Origin: Octopus vulgaris
Taxonomy: Eukaryota
DNA: 64,000 bases
Reading direction: 5' to 3'
Assembly (NCBI GenBank): GCA_951406725.2
Contig: OX597834.1
Location: 33,356,001-33,420,000 of the forward strand
Each line of letters starts with the position of its first letter. Position 1 is the stretch's first letter. Below are positions 25,165 to 36,891 of the stretch, piece after piece. The position numbers and the translations under genes are program-made. Below the pieces are notes generated by a model. The model saw nothing but the letters and a program-made list of their open reading frames with translations, was not told where the DNA came from and ran no database searches.

Positions 25165-26016
25165 CAGCGCTAGTTAGTTAGTTAGTTAATTTTTCGGCTC
25201 AAAAAGCAAAAAGCAAGGCCATGTAGGGAGACATGGAGTTATGTACAGGGTGGTGTTCATGTAAAGAGTTCAGGCCACTTGTGATCAAGGGAGACTTTGA
25301 ACTGAGCGGTCGTCGGCATCTTCACCATCTCGTCCGGCAGCTTATTCCACGGATCCGCAACCCGGGCGAAGAAAGCCCCTCTCCTTCGATTGAGATGAAA
25401 TCGTCGCAGATAGAGCTTTTCGGAGTGACCCCGCAGCCTACGTTCTGGAGCAGGAGTGAAGAACAGATATTTCAAAAGGTTACACTTTCCGCTTATGATG
25501 TTGTGAGCAAGAATGAGATCACCACGGCGTCGTTGTTTTTCTAGAGAACAAAGGTCGAGCGTCTTCAGCCTTTCTTCATAAGACAAATTCTTGAGACCAA
25601 GAACCATGCGGGTAGCCAGCTTCTGGACTCTTTCGAGATGCTGTATGTCTTTGGGGAGATAAGGAGAAGAGGCTTGAATCCTGTACTCCAATATGGGTCT
25701 CACCAGCGTGACATAGCGCTAACCAAAGTGGTGGTCCATGGACCGGTGCCGGTCTGTGAGCCATTAGCTACTGGTATGCGACGAGTTTCCAGAAAAGAAA
25801 GAAATATTATAATATGATTATAAAATCCTTATGTATGTAATATTGTACTATTTGTATACAAAATAGATATAAGATAAAAAATTGTCAACTTTTATTATAT
25901 CCATTTTATATATTGTTTCCAGTATAAATTGATATTACTAAGAAATATTACCAGTCTCTGGCACACTGGAAAAAAAAACTGCTCTTATGCCACATCAGAG
26001 AGTTTGAGAAGCACTG
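25165..26016. mobile_element. hAT (Charlie-like) MITE with 8-bp TSD, interrupted by a CR1 LINE
   Basis: GTCTAAGT at 25157-25164 and 26017-26024; reconstructed left TIR CAGCGCTAACCAAA vs right TTTGAGAAGCACTG. Confidence 0.8.
25173..25714 (-). mobile_element. 5'-truncated CR1-clade LINE with intact C-terminal frame
   Basis: YVTLVRPILEY...KDIQHLERVQKLATR...LSYEERLKTLDL.SLEK.RRRGDLI...RGHSEKL...PWNKLP; (AACT)n tail; TSD AGCGCTA at 25166-25172 and 25715-25721. Confidence 0.92.
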
Positions 26017-26747
26017 GTCTAAGTTATGCAGAAAATAACAAAGGGGAGGAAGGAGTCTTGTCATTCAAGAGAGGGGGATTTGAGAGGGGACAGGGAGGAA
26101 GAATTGTTGAACATTTCACTTTATTGTGATCTAGTTATATGTTTTATCATATATCTTATTTTTTCTATATGCTATGATTTACATCTATCATTGATTGATT
26201 TACATAATAGTGGTTTTTCTCTAATTTACATATATATATATTTTATTATATGACGGAACGCACGCATCCATTTCTCGGATGGTGTTTTTTTGTGCCACCG
26301 ACACAGGTGCCAGACGAGGCTGGTGAACGGCCACGATCGGATGGTGTTTGTTACGTGCCACACAGCACGGAGGCTATATATATATATATATATATATATA
26401 TCATGGACTCTCCCATCATTAGACAAAGTATGATGGCTTAGCAATTTCTTCCTAAGCAACCACACAGATGATTTGTTTATTGTGATCAAATGTTTATGTA
26501 CGCATAACCTCACTCCCTCCATCAAATCGACATTACCTGTACAGGTGTGCCATGTGCCACATGCCAGATGATGAAATGATTGCAGAGCGACATGAAATGA
26601 AGTGCTTTGCTCACGAGCACAACATAATGCCCGGTATGGAAATCAAACCCATGATCTCACAATGTATGTATGTATGGAAAACTACATAGTATACATACAA
26701 ACATGTCAAATTTAACTATTTCTCCCCAGATTGAAAAAGTGGTGAAC

Positions 26748-26792
26748 AACCTGAATCAGTTTTCAAACATTATTGATGTCTCATCAGAGGTT
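26748..26792 (-). ncRNA. type I hammerhead ribozyme motif
   Basis: AACCT-CTGATGA-GACAT/caata/ATGTT-T-GAAA-A-CTGA-TT-C-AGGTT: perfect 5-bp stem I, UUC triplet, one extra nt before GAAA. Confidence 0.6.
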
Positions 26793-27008
26793 ACCAACAT
26801 CAGTTGATCAATCTCACAGAAACAAGTAGCCAATCCATTTATATACACATCCAGTCTAGTAGCTCCAGAGTGGATTTGGTAGACAGAAACTGAAAGAAAC
26901 CTGTTGTATATATATATATATATACTTTTTCTCGTTCTGTTAACGTTTTGGCGTTCAGATGAGTGTACTGGCATAGATGTGGCAATATTTGAAATTTTGT
27001 CTAGGTAT

Positions 27009-27079
27009 ATGCAGCTGATGAAGACAAATCAAATCTACGTTGTCAAACGTATTTGAAGAGTCTGAAACCGGTCCTGCAT
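27009..27079 (+). ncRNA. intact minimal type I hammerhead ribozyme
   Basis: ATGCAG-CTGATGA-AGAC..(TCAAA/TTTGA, TACGTT/AACGTA)..GTCT-GAAA-CCGG-TC-CTGCAT; all core bases present; predicted cleavage after GUC at 27073. Confidence 0.85.
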
Positions 27080-27282
27080 TATCCGTTTCTAGGTTTTTCA
27101 TTTTTCAGATGTTCTTCCTAGAGGTAAGACAAATTTTTTTCATGTTTGTTGCACACACACGTCTTTGCTAGTATATACGCAGTGAAGCTATACAATAGCG
27201 TCGTATTTATTACGATCGTTATTTTCCAGTAAATATCGGTACCTCGTTGTACCATTTATTTACTTTTATATATATATAATAT

Positions 27283-27314
<32 letters not shown>

Positions 27315-27326
27315 ATATATATATAT

Positions 27327-27517
27327 AGGGAGAATTCGCAAAAAAACAAAAGATGAAGACAGGTGGTGTAGACAACAAATAGATGTATTAGTATAATGCT
27401 TGGGAAGTGAAAAAGTCTTTAACGTTTCAAGCCTATGCTCTTCCACAGAAAGGAACACAGAAAGAAACAAGGAGAGAAAATAAAGAATGTGTGGTGGCTA
27501 GCGATCTATCATGGCGA

Positions 27518-27520
<3 letters not shown>
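27327..27520 (-). mobile_element. probable Penelope-like terminal repeat with variant hammerhead (27417-27452)
   Basis: CTTT-CTGTGGAA-GAGC/atag/GCTT-GAAACGTT-AAAG; homologous to 63747-63880 and 15434-15560. Confidence 0.6.
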
Positions 27521-27556
<36 letters not shown>

Positions 27557-28403
27557 CGTGTCTGTGTTTGTCCCCCTCCCCCATCGCTTTACAACTGATA
27601 TTGGTGGGTTTACATCCCTGTAAGTTAGCGATTTAGCAAAAGAGACTAATAGAATTAGGACTAGGGGTACAAAGAATAAGTCCTAGGTGTCAATTTGTTC
27701 AACTAAAGGCGGTGCTCCAGCATGGCTGCAGTCAAAATGATGGAAACAAGTCAAAGAATTGTAGAAGTATAACCAATTTATTGCAGATAAATTTTAACAG
27801 ACAAAATCTTACGTGGACCCCCAAGGGTCGTATTGATCCACTGATCTATGCTTTAAGCTTGAGTCCCACTATGGCCTACTTAGATTGTAGACTTAATCCT
27901 GTTTAATACACATCAACAGACCCCTTGGGATGTTTTTAGCCGAATTCATGCTATTGCTTGCATTTGGACCAGGTTTCCAGTCTGAGGATATCTTCTTTCA
28001 TCCTTCTTTCCACCCATTCTCAAAGACCCTGTAACAGGTCCGCTTGAGGAAAAGATGTAAAAGGAACGGAATAAGGGGTTGGTTGGGTAAGAGGAATAAC
28101 AACATTGAAGCACTTCAGTTGGGAGAAACGGGGGGGGGGGGGTAAGAGTAGAAGGAGGAGGAGCAGGAGGAGACTGAAAGCAGGGAATTTGTCATTTTCT
28201 GAAACTTCCCCTTTTACATATAACCCCTTTAAGGCAACACCCCTTTCTCCCTAGACTGCAAATAGCTGGCTTCGATGGCCTCTCCGTTGTCCTATATATT
28301 TGTGCATAAATTATGTATGTATGTATGTATGTATGTATGTGTGTGTGTATGTGTAAGTACATTGTATATATTTCAGCAATTGTCAAATTTTACTGAAACT
28401 CAC

Positions 28404-28434
28404 GTTTCCAGGGATTGGTCGTCAGTACGACAGG
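28404..28434 (-). other. candidate 31-nt micro-exon
   Basis: CTATACAG|CCTGTCGTACTGACGACCAATCCCTGGAAAC|GTGAGT; unique island between microsatellites. Confidence 0.35.
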
Positions 28435-28678
28435 CTGTATAGGTATGTTTGTGCGTGTGTGTGTGTGTGTGCGCGCGCGCGTGTGTATGCACGCGTGTAT
28501 GAATGTGTGTGTATGCGTTGCGCGTGTAAGTGTGTGTGTGTGAGAGAGAGAGAGAGTGCGTCTGTGTCGCTGTTTATATATATGACACATTCCGCCAACG
28601 TACCATGGGTGTGTATGTACAAACATATATATGTACATGTTGATATATATATATTGACATGCATATGTATGTGTGTGC

Positions 28679-28712
<34 letters not shown>

Positions 28713-28721
28713 GTACGTATG

Positions 28722-28762
<41 letters not shown>

Positions 28763-28790
28763 CTATATATATATATATATATATATATGT

Positions 28791-28885
<95 letters not shown>

Positions 28886-29219
28886 TATATTTACACATAC
28901 ATGCAGATAGATAGATAGATAGATAGATAGAGAGATGGATAGATGGGTATGTTTGTGTGTGCGGAATTTGATTGAACGTACGTGTGTCTGAGAGTGTGTC
29001 TGGCACATTCCGTTCGTGAAAGAGAGAGCGTGTGTGTGTGTGTGTGTTTGCATTTGTATGTAATTATGTCTTTCTATGTGAATAGTGTGTGTATGTGTGC
29101 GTGTGTGTGTGTGCTTGTGACTGTGCGAGGGTAGGAGGTTATCATTGTTAGTACGTCTGTCTCGGTATGTGAGCATGTATATGTGTGTGTCCATGTGTGT
29201 GTGTGTGTATTTGTGTGCG

Positions 29220-29252
<33 letters not shown>

Positions 29253-29407
29253 ACTTTAGTGGTTGTTTGTGTCTATGTGCATGAGAGAGAAAAGGGGGTG
29301 TAGTGAGTGAATTTTTGAATCTTAGATATAGGACATTTCGTGGTTGTGTAGGAATCTTAGCTCGGGTGAAGTGTGCTGGTTGTAGATTCCGAACTTTATG
29401 CGTGATA

Positions 29408-29439
<32 letters not shown>

Positions 29440-29685
29440 CTATACATATGTATATGTATGAAAGTACGTACTTACGTTGTATATGTATGTATTTGTGTGT
29501 GTATGTGTGGGTGTGTATATTCAATTAAGCCAGCGACCTCTTCCTACACATGGTGTCCATACGGTTGTAACTCAAGGCATATATAATTACTAAACTCTCT
29601 CTCTCTCGCACTCACATACGTATACACGAAGTATATCATTATACGTACATATTGACAGACATACATACATATGTGATTACACACG

Positions 29686-29728
<43 letters not shown>

Positions 29729-29769
29729 GTATGTTGGTGCAAACAGCAAAAATAAAACTCAAAATATGA

Positions 29770-30175
29770 GGCGTAGAAGTGGCTGTGTGGTAAGTAGCTT
29801 GCTTACGAACCACATGGTTCCGGGTTCAGTCCCACTGCGTGGCACCTTGGGCAAGTGTCTTCTACTATAGCCTCGGGCCGACCAAAGCCTTGTGAGTGGA
29901 TTTGGTAGACGGAAACTGAAAGAAGCCTGTCGTATATATGTATATATATGTTTATATGTATGTGTGTATATGTTTGTGTGTCTGTGTTTGTCCCCCCTAG
30001 CATTGCTTGACAACCGATGCTGGTGTGTTTACGTCCCCGTCACTTAGCGGTTCGGCAAAAGGGACCGATAGAATAAGTACTGGGCTTACAAAAGAATAAG
30101 TCCTGGGGTCGATTTGCTCGACTAAAGGCGGTGCTCCAGCATGGCCGCAGTCAAATGACTGAAACAAGTAAAAGA
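29770..30175 (+). mobile_element. full-length SINE family A (tRNA head, CORE-like body, internal microsatellite)
   Basis: A-box TGGCTGTGTGG, B-box GGTTCAGTCCC, ACCTTGGGCAAGTG; nearly identical to 47160-47571; more than 20 partial copies in the window. Confidence 0.92.
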
Positions 30176-31141
30176 ATATGTATATTTTTGTTAATATTTA
30201 GCGGAAACAACACAGTGACTCAGGGTCCGAAAGTGCAGTGCCACCGCAAGAAACTCTCGAACCTTGAGTCACTCTGTTGCTTCTGCTATATATATATATG
30301 TAAAATGACATTCATACATACAGATGAACATACAGAAATGTCTAAAGAATCCCGCGAACACCACCGACCGGGCGGCTCATATTACAGGAGTCTGGACAGA
30401 TCAATGCTCAGGGCCCTGCAGTGTCTATTTATTGACAATAAGTTACAACCTACACAGATCATGACTGGAACCTTAAACCCATGAGGTCCCTGGGCAACTG
30501 CCCATTGTGTCCTTGCTTCAAGTGACACTGCATACCACACATATATATGTATATATATATATATATACGTAATTTATGCGTCTTTCCAGAAACAGAATAA
30601 GCATGTATGTATGTCCGTATGCATGCATGCATGCATGCATGCATGTATGTATGTATGTATGTATGTATGTATGATGTCTGTATGCATGCATGTATGTATA
30701 TATACTAAATTCGTTGAGTGCCTTTTTCTTTCGTTTGTCCACTCCTCCTTTATAAATACAATTTACAGCAAAAAGGGAACGATGCAATAAGTACCATGTT
30801 TATAAGTTAAGTACTGGTGTACGATTTGTTCGACTAAATCCTTTAAAAACCACTCGGTTACAGGGACGTAAACAAACCGACACTGTCGAGCAGTGGGGTG
30901 GCAACACATAAACTGAATGAGTTTCTTTCAGTTTATGTCTACCAAAATCCACGCACTTGGTCTGCCGAGGGTTATAGCAGAAAACATTTGCCTAAGGTGC
31001 CAAGCAGAGGGATCGAACTCGAAACCATGCGATTGGATCGCAAGCGTCTTAACACACAGCCACGCCTGCAACCTATTATTTGTATCTATTATACGTAAAT
31101 ATATGTGTATGAGGATGTTTATTAAATATCTGCATACGTAC

Positions 31142-31280
31142 GTAGGCCTACACTCATACAAGCAGCAGGCCATCCGGGAGTCACCCACACAGCCCGCGAC
31201 ATCACGTAGGTCGTGTGGCAGGCAGCCAGGCCAGGACACGACGTTAGCCATGCGGATCCTCTCCCAGAAAAGAGGGTTGC
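31142..31280 (-). CDS. candidate internal exon of unknown gene (two open frames; ATG at 31251 gives MANVVSWPGCLPHDLRDVAGCVGDSRMACCLYECRPT)
   Basis: GC-rich unique island; acceptor TACTATTCCTACAG|G downstream of a pyrimidine-rich region; donor |GTACGT (alternative |GTATGC 4 nt later). Confidence 0.5.
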
Positions 31281-32171
31281 CTGTAGGAATAGTAGGAGTA
31301 AGTGATAGCGTGGTGGTAGGAGGTCTAGCAGAAAAAGATGAGTAATGGTAGTAGGAGAGAAATATAAAGTAGTAGCTGTTTAGTCGTCGGGGTGTCGTCT
31401 GTTGATAATACGTGTCACTATGGGAGGATGGGGAGAGTAGACGGATAAAGGCAAGAGAGAGAGAGAGAAAAGGAGAAAGATAGAATGGGAAATAGATAGA
31501 GGGAGGGTTAGAGAGGTGATGAATGTTAGAGGGGGAGTTTTAAATATTTTTAAATACAAAGAGGAAAGGGAGGGAGTAAAGGAAGAGAGAGAACGAAAGA
31601 AATAAAGAGAAAGATAGACACAAAGAGATAGGGAGAGAAAGATAGACACAAAGTGGGAGAGGGAGAGAGACAGAGGGATAGAAAGAGACAGAGGGAGAAA
31701 GATAGATATAAAGAGAGTCAGGGAAGAAAGACCAAGAAGGGAGGGGGATTGTGATGTTGTCGATGATGTTGATGAAAGAGTAATAGGGGTGAAGGGGATG
31801 TAGATTTATGATATGGTATAAGAGAGGGGGAAATAAAGACAAGGTTAGCGATTTTGTGTGGTGGGGGAGAGAGAGTGAGACAGAGAGAGATACAAAGGAA
31901 ACAGTAAGACACTCGCAGAGAGAAGGGTAAGGGGTGAACTTACTGTAGACGAAATTTTAGAATAAAATACGATATATACTCAACTACGCATACAAATAGA
32001 TAGAGAGACAGACAGACAGATAGATAGATAGATACAGGTGGGAAGAAAGAGAAAGTTCGGTGAGAATATAAGAAGAAGCCGTCGATATAATTGACTGAGA
32101 AAAATGTGGCTGTGATTGTGTATGTACACATTCACGTATATTCATGTGTGTATGCTGTTCTACTAGATATT

Positions 32172-32776
32172 CTAGACACAAGGCCCGAAATTTGGGGGAG
32201 GGGGCCAGTCGATGAGATTCAATACGTAACTGGTACTTAATTTGTCGATTCCCGAAAGGATGAAAAAGGCAAAGTCGACCTCGGCGGAATTTGAACGTAA
32301 AGACAGACGAAATACCGCTAGGCATTTCGCCCGGCGTGCTAACGTTTCTTATTTCTTTACTGCCCACAAGGGGCTATACACAGAGGGGACAAACAAGGAC
32401 AGACAGATGGATTAAGTTGATTATATCGACCCCATTGCGTAACTGATATTTAATTTATCGACCCCCAAAGGATGAAAGGCAAAGTCGACCTCGGCTGAAT
32501 TTGAACTCAGAACGTAGCGGCAGACGAAATACATATTTCTTTACTACCCACAAGGGGCTAAACATAGAGGGGGCAAACAAGGACAGACAAACGGATTAAG
32601 TCGATTATATCGACCCCAGTGCGTAACTGGTACTTATTTAATCGACCCCCGAAAGGATGAAAGGCAAAGTCGACCTCGGCGGAATTTGAACTCAGAACGT
32701 AGCGGCAGTCGAAATACCGCTAAGCATTTCGCCCGGCGTGCTAACGATTACGCCAGCTCGCCGCCTTTGAATATTA
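32172..32776 (-). mobile_element. head-to-tail trimer of SINE family B flanked by one 10-bp direct repeat
   Basis: Three cores at ~32230-32300, 32440-32530 and 32620-32710; ACTAGATATT at 32162-32171 and 32777-32786. Confidence 0.8.
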
Positions 32777-33384
32777 ACTAGATATTGCTTGGCCAATGCT
32801 GTGTATATGCATACACCTTGTCCACACACACACAATATCATCGGGAGCGTGGGGAAAAAGTGTGGGAGCGGAATCAGTCTGATTTCAATCTTTTATTGGA
32901 ATTTCAAGCGCGACTGAAGATCCTGCTTTTAAAACTACTATTACTATGGACTTAAACAAACCGAGAAAACCCGTTTTGCATATATAACGCATTCTTGACA
33001 GCTAGTTCGATTAATATATGACCGGTGCTGAGGACACTGGATTGTTGATGAAATCCCAGCATGGGACTGAAATTAGTTTGGCTGTCCCCTTTTTCACACA
33101 ACGAAGATATTGTATATGGAGACAAAATATTTACAACTGTCCATAAAAAGATCTATATATGCGTGTGTGTATGCATACGTGTGAGCGTGCTGTATGTGTG
33201 CATAGAGAAAAGAAAGATAAAAGAAACCTCTTTTCCTCTTTGCCCAAATATATATAAATATACATCATGTATGCACATGTAGATGTTCATGTAGATTTTG
33301 CTGAATAACCTGTACAGAGGATTTGTTTTAAGAGATCAAATGTTTGTGCTGTGCATTGGCGCATCCTCTCCATCAAATCAACAT

Positions 33385-33733
33385 ATTCTTTTATTCTTTT
33401 ACTTCTTTCAGTCACTTGACTGCCGCCATGTTGGAGCACTGCTTTGAAGGGGTGGGTTAGTCGAACAAATCGACCCCAGGACTTATTTCTTGTAAGCCTA
33501 GTACTTATTCTAGTGGACCCATTGGCTGAACCACTAAGTTACGGGAGCGTAAACACACCAACATCAGTTGTCAAGCAATAGTGGGGTGACAAACATAGAC
33601 ACAAAGACACACACACATATATATGAGGGGCTTCTTTCAGTTTCCGTCTACCAAATCCACTCACAAGGCTTTGGTTGGCCCGCTTGCCAAAAGTGCCACT
33701 CAGTGGAACTGAACCCGGAACCATGTGGTTCCG
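33385..33733 (-). mobile_element. SINE family A, 5'-truncated
   Basis: Matches the 29770-30175 consensus in reverse. Confidence 0.85.
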
Positions 33734-33910
33734 GATGGTGCTCGTAAAATAAGGAGTGTTACCTCAGTTCACTTGTAGTGAACAGCTGACACCGTAGTAC
33801 ATCTCCAGTATTTGATGCTGTGCAAAAACAATATAACGCACAAATAAAAGACACACTCTATACAACATTTATCCAGTGAAACAAACTTCCACCAGCAAGC
33901 TAAAAAACCA

Positions 33911-34053
33911 AATTCGAAGAATTAAACTACGTTAAACTTACAAATTACAATTTTGTTTACAATAATGTTTTCTTTTGACACATTCTACCAGTATACGAAG
34001 TTTCAAATTGTTTAGTTAACTAGAAAATTCCGTCCATCAAAAGGAAAAGATCC
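33911..34053 (+). mobile_element. solo arm of the fold-back element at 43517-44167
   Basis: ATTAAACTACGTTAAAC...TTTGACACATTCTACCAGTATACGAAGTTT...AAAAGGAAAAGATCC nearly identical to 44015-44167. Confidence 0.85.
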
Positions 34054-34284
34054 CAACTAGTAACACAGCAAAAGACTGCACCACACCTCAAGAGAAACAA
34101 AAAACAAACTACCTAACACAATGCAGTACCGGGAAGAGTTTGAACACTGCCAACAACAGAAAAGAACACACAAGGTGATGCAGTAGACAATTGCCTCAAT
34201 CTACGGAATAGTATTTCGTTTTTGGATTTGGTTTGCAAGATTCTTTATGTGAGTTCGTGTGTTGAAGCATATTCTATTGTGTGT

Positions 34285-34447
34285 GGGGAGAGTCATTTTG
34301 TTTTTGTGCCTTATAATTGAACACACTCACCGGTAAAATTTCAACTTATTCCTTATTTTAATTTTTATTATGTAGATAAGGAATAAGTGGAAATTTTACC
34401 GGTGAGTGTGTTCAATTATAAGGCACAAAAAGAGAATGACACTCCCC
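34285..34447. repeat. ~72-bp inverted repeat with 19-nt spacer in a dispersed (probably Penelope-like) repeat
   Basis: TTTTTGTGCCTTATAATTGAACACACTCACCGGTAAAATTTC at 34301 and its reverse complement at 34390-34431; related non-inverted copy at 35400-35560. Confidence 0.85.
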
Positions 34448-34772
34448 TCACTGAACAGAATAAACCGAATAATAATAATAAGGAAATGAAAATGAGGCCG
34501 CAAAAATAAATCCAAAGGAAGGAAAAGAATCGAGGTATATGAAAAGAGAAAGCGGTAGTCAGAAGGGCAGTGAGTGACAAGTAAACAAGTACGACTTGGT
34601 CATCGACATAGATACGAGACAGGGACATGTGGAGGATGTGAAAGGAGGAGGGTGGAGTGGAGGAAGAGTGAGAGGAAGCGGTTATAGAGAACAAAGTAGA
34701 AAGACTAGCAAACACCGTTGAATTAAAAGTATATCACCTTCTTTAACGGGGATAGAAGCACACAAAACACAC

Positions 34773-34892
<120 letters not shown>

Positions 34893-35332
34893 GGTGGGTG
34901 TAGGAAGGTAGATATGTATTCATCGAAAGGTTTTTAGTTATTGAAATGACTGTGCCCTAATTAAGGTCATTCGATGGTTTTTAGGCGAGTGTATCCACCT
35001 TTCGTATGCATTTCCATTTGAAAAGGACTCAACCAAACACACTCACCCCATAATAGTCGTATAATATGCATACACAGTGTTTGTCTACGTATTCATGTAT
35101 GTACATTTCTGAGGAAGTCTAGGCATAACTCTACACCTAAGCATTTCGACAGACACCCACCCACACACACAAGCGTATGCATGTATACATGTGTGGCTGT
35201 GTGTGTGGTAAGAAGCTTGCTTACTAACCACATGGTTCCGGGTTCAGTCCCGAGCAAGTGTCTTCTACTATAGCCTCGGGCCAACCAAAGCCTTGTGAGT
35301 GGATTTGGTAGACTGAAACTGAAAGAAGCCCG

Positions 35333-35368
<36 letters not shown>

Positions 35369-35930
35369 ATTACATATATATATATATATATATAGTTCTT
35401 TTTTGTATCTGGTTTGCAAGATTCTTTATCTGAAATCGTGTGTTGAAGCAAATTTTGTTGTGTCTGGTCAGAGTCATATTATCGTCTTGGTGCCTTTATT
35501 ATCTAACACACACGCACAGGTTCGATTTCTACTCATTTATTATTTATCATTTTCCAAAGTTTTCTTTGTATATATATATATATATATATATTAGGGAGTC
35601 ATTTGTAATGACTCGTCAGATTCAAATGGGCCACTTGACTCTGGCGTCGTCACCTATGTGGCTAAGCACTTCATAGATCCAAAGCCAATGGTCACATATC
35701 CCAGGGCCCAATAATTACAGGTATAAACCTGAACTTGTAGCCTGGATAGAGTAACTGCAGATTGTATGTATGTATGTATGTATGTATATGTATGCATGTA
35801 TGTATGTATGTATAGGTATGTATGAATGGATGGATGAATTAAATGTATGGCGAAATATATTTAACATACTCGCAAATTTGAATGTGGCTTTGTGCCTGTG
35901 TGTACTTTGTGTGTATGTGTACATATATAT

Positions 35931-35968
<38 letters not shown>

Positions 35969-35969
<1 letters not shown>

Positions 35970-36336
35970 TAGCAGTATCGCCCGGCGTTGCTCGGGTTTG
36001 TAAGGAAAATAACTATAAAGCATTTTTAGAGAGTTATAGCCAAAAAATGGAAAAAAAATGGTAAATTTTTTTTTAGTTAAAAAGGTCGAGTTGCGTCCCC
36101 TAGACTGTCTGTGGTTTGTGTTTCTGATTCTCGACCCCATGTCGAATTTATCGATTTTTTTCAGAACTGGGGGAACTTTTCAAAATTTTCGCTGCGTTAG
36201 TTTTGAATTATGACATTGGGCTATGTGTGTGTCAAGTTTCATCAGAATCGGTTGAAAGCCGTGGTCAGGGTGAGGGTACAACCTAACAGACACACAGAAA
36301 CACACACAGACAAACTGCCGTTTATATATAGAGAGA
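35969..36336 (-). mobile_element. non-autonomous Helitron
   Basis: 5' TC(TCTCTATATATAAA), GTCT-type microsatellite, 3' hairpin CCCGAGCAACGCCGGG followed by CTAG; inserted A|T with no TSD. Confidence 0.85.
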
Positions 36337-36817
36337 TATATATATAAATTAGTAAATAAATAAAACATATGCATATATACATACATATATGTACGTAACT
36401 ACCTCTACATGTATATATACATACATATATGGGTACAGGACACCAAAAAAACGTCGAACACAATGAGAAACGAAAACATAAACACAAAAAACCAAGGAAA
36501 TCGACATTTTTCTTAAACAACGAAAAAAATAGAGTACAGGACATACAAAACAATGAAAATTCCCCTTCTTCAATCGCCTTTGTTTCATCTACTCCACGTT
36601 TCGAAGGTCAAGGCGATATATGACTTTAATGAAACTTTCCTTCCCGCGAAAATCAAATTAAATAAAATTTGAGATTTTTTTGCGGAGGGGTAAAAATGGT
36701 AACAAAAACAGGACAGTAACGACATTACAAAATATAAACAGTAAAAGACAGGACAAGGAGAATAACAGTAACACAAACAAGAAGGGCTGTTAATGTGTGT
36801 ATGTGTATATTTTTATG

Positions 36818-36865
<48 letters not shown>

Positions 36866-36891
36866 CATATATATACATACATACATATATA

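Noticed and set aside
28401-28428. Minus-strand CTGACGA-CCA..TGG-AAACGTG hammerhead-like string
   Set aside because: GUG triplet and no stem I; better explained as the candidate micro-exon
31142-31251. Resemblance of MANVV.../MACCL to muscleblind or G-alpha-q N-termini
   Set aside because: Only 5-residue matches; the downstream conserved motifs are absent, so no gene symbol was assigned
35597-35620. Minus-strand CTGACGA + perfect 6-bp stem
   Set aside because: No GAAA after the stem; only an 8-bp hairpin
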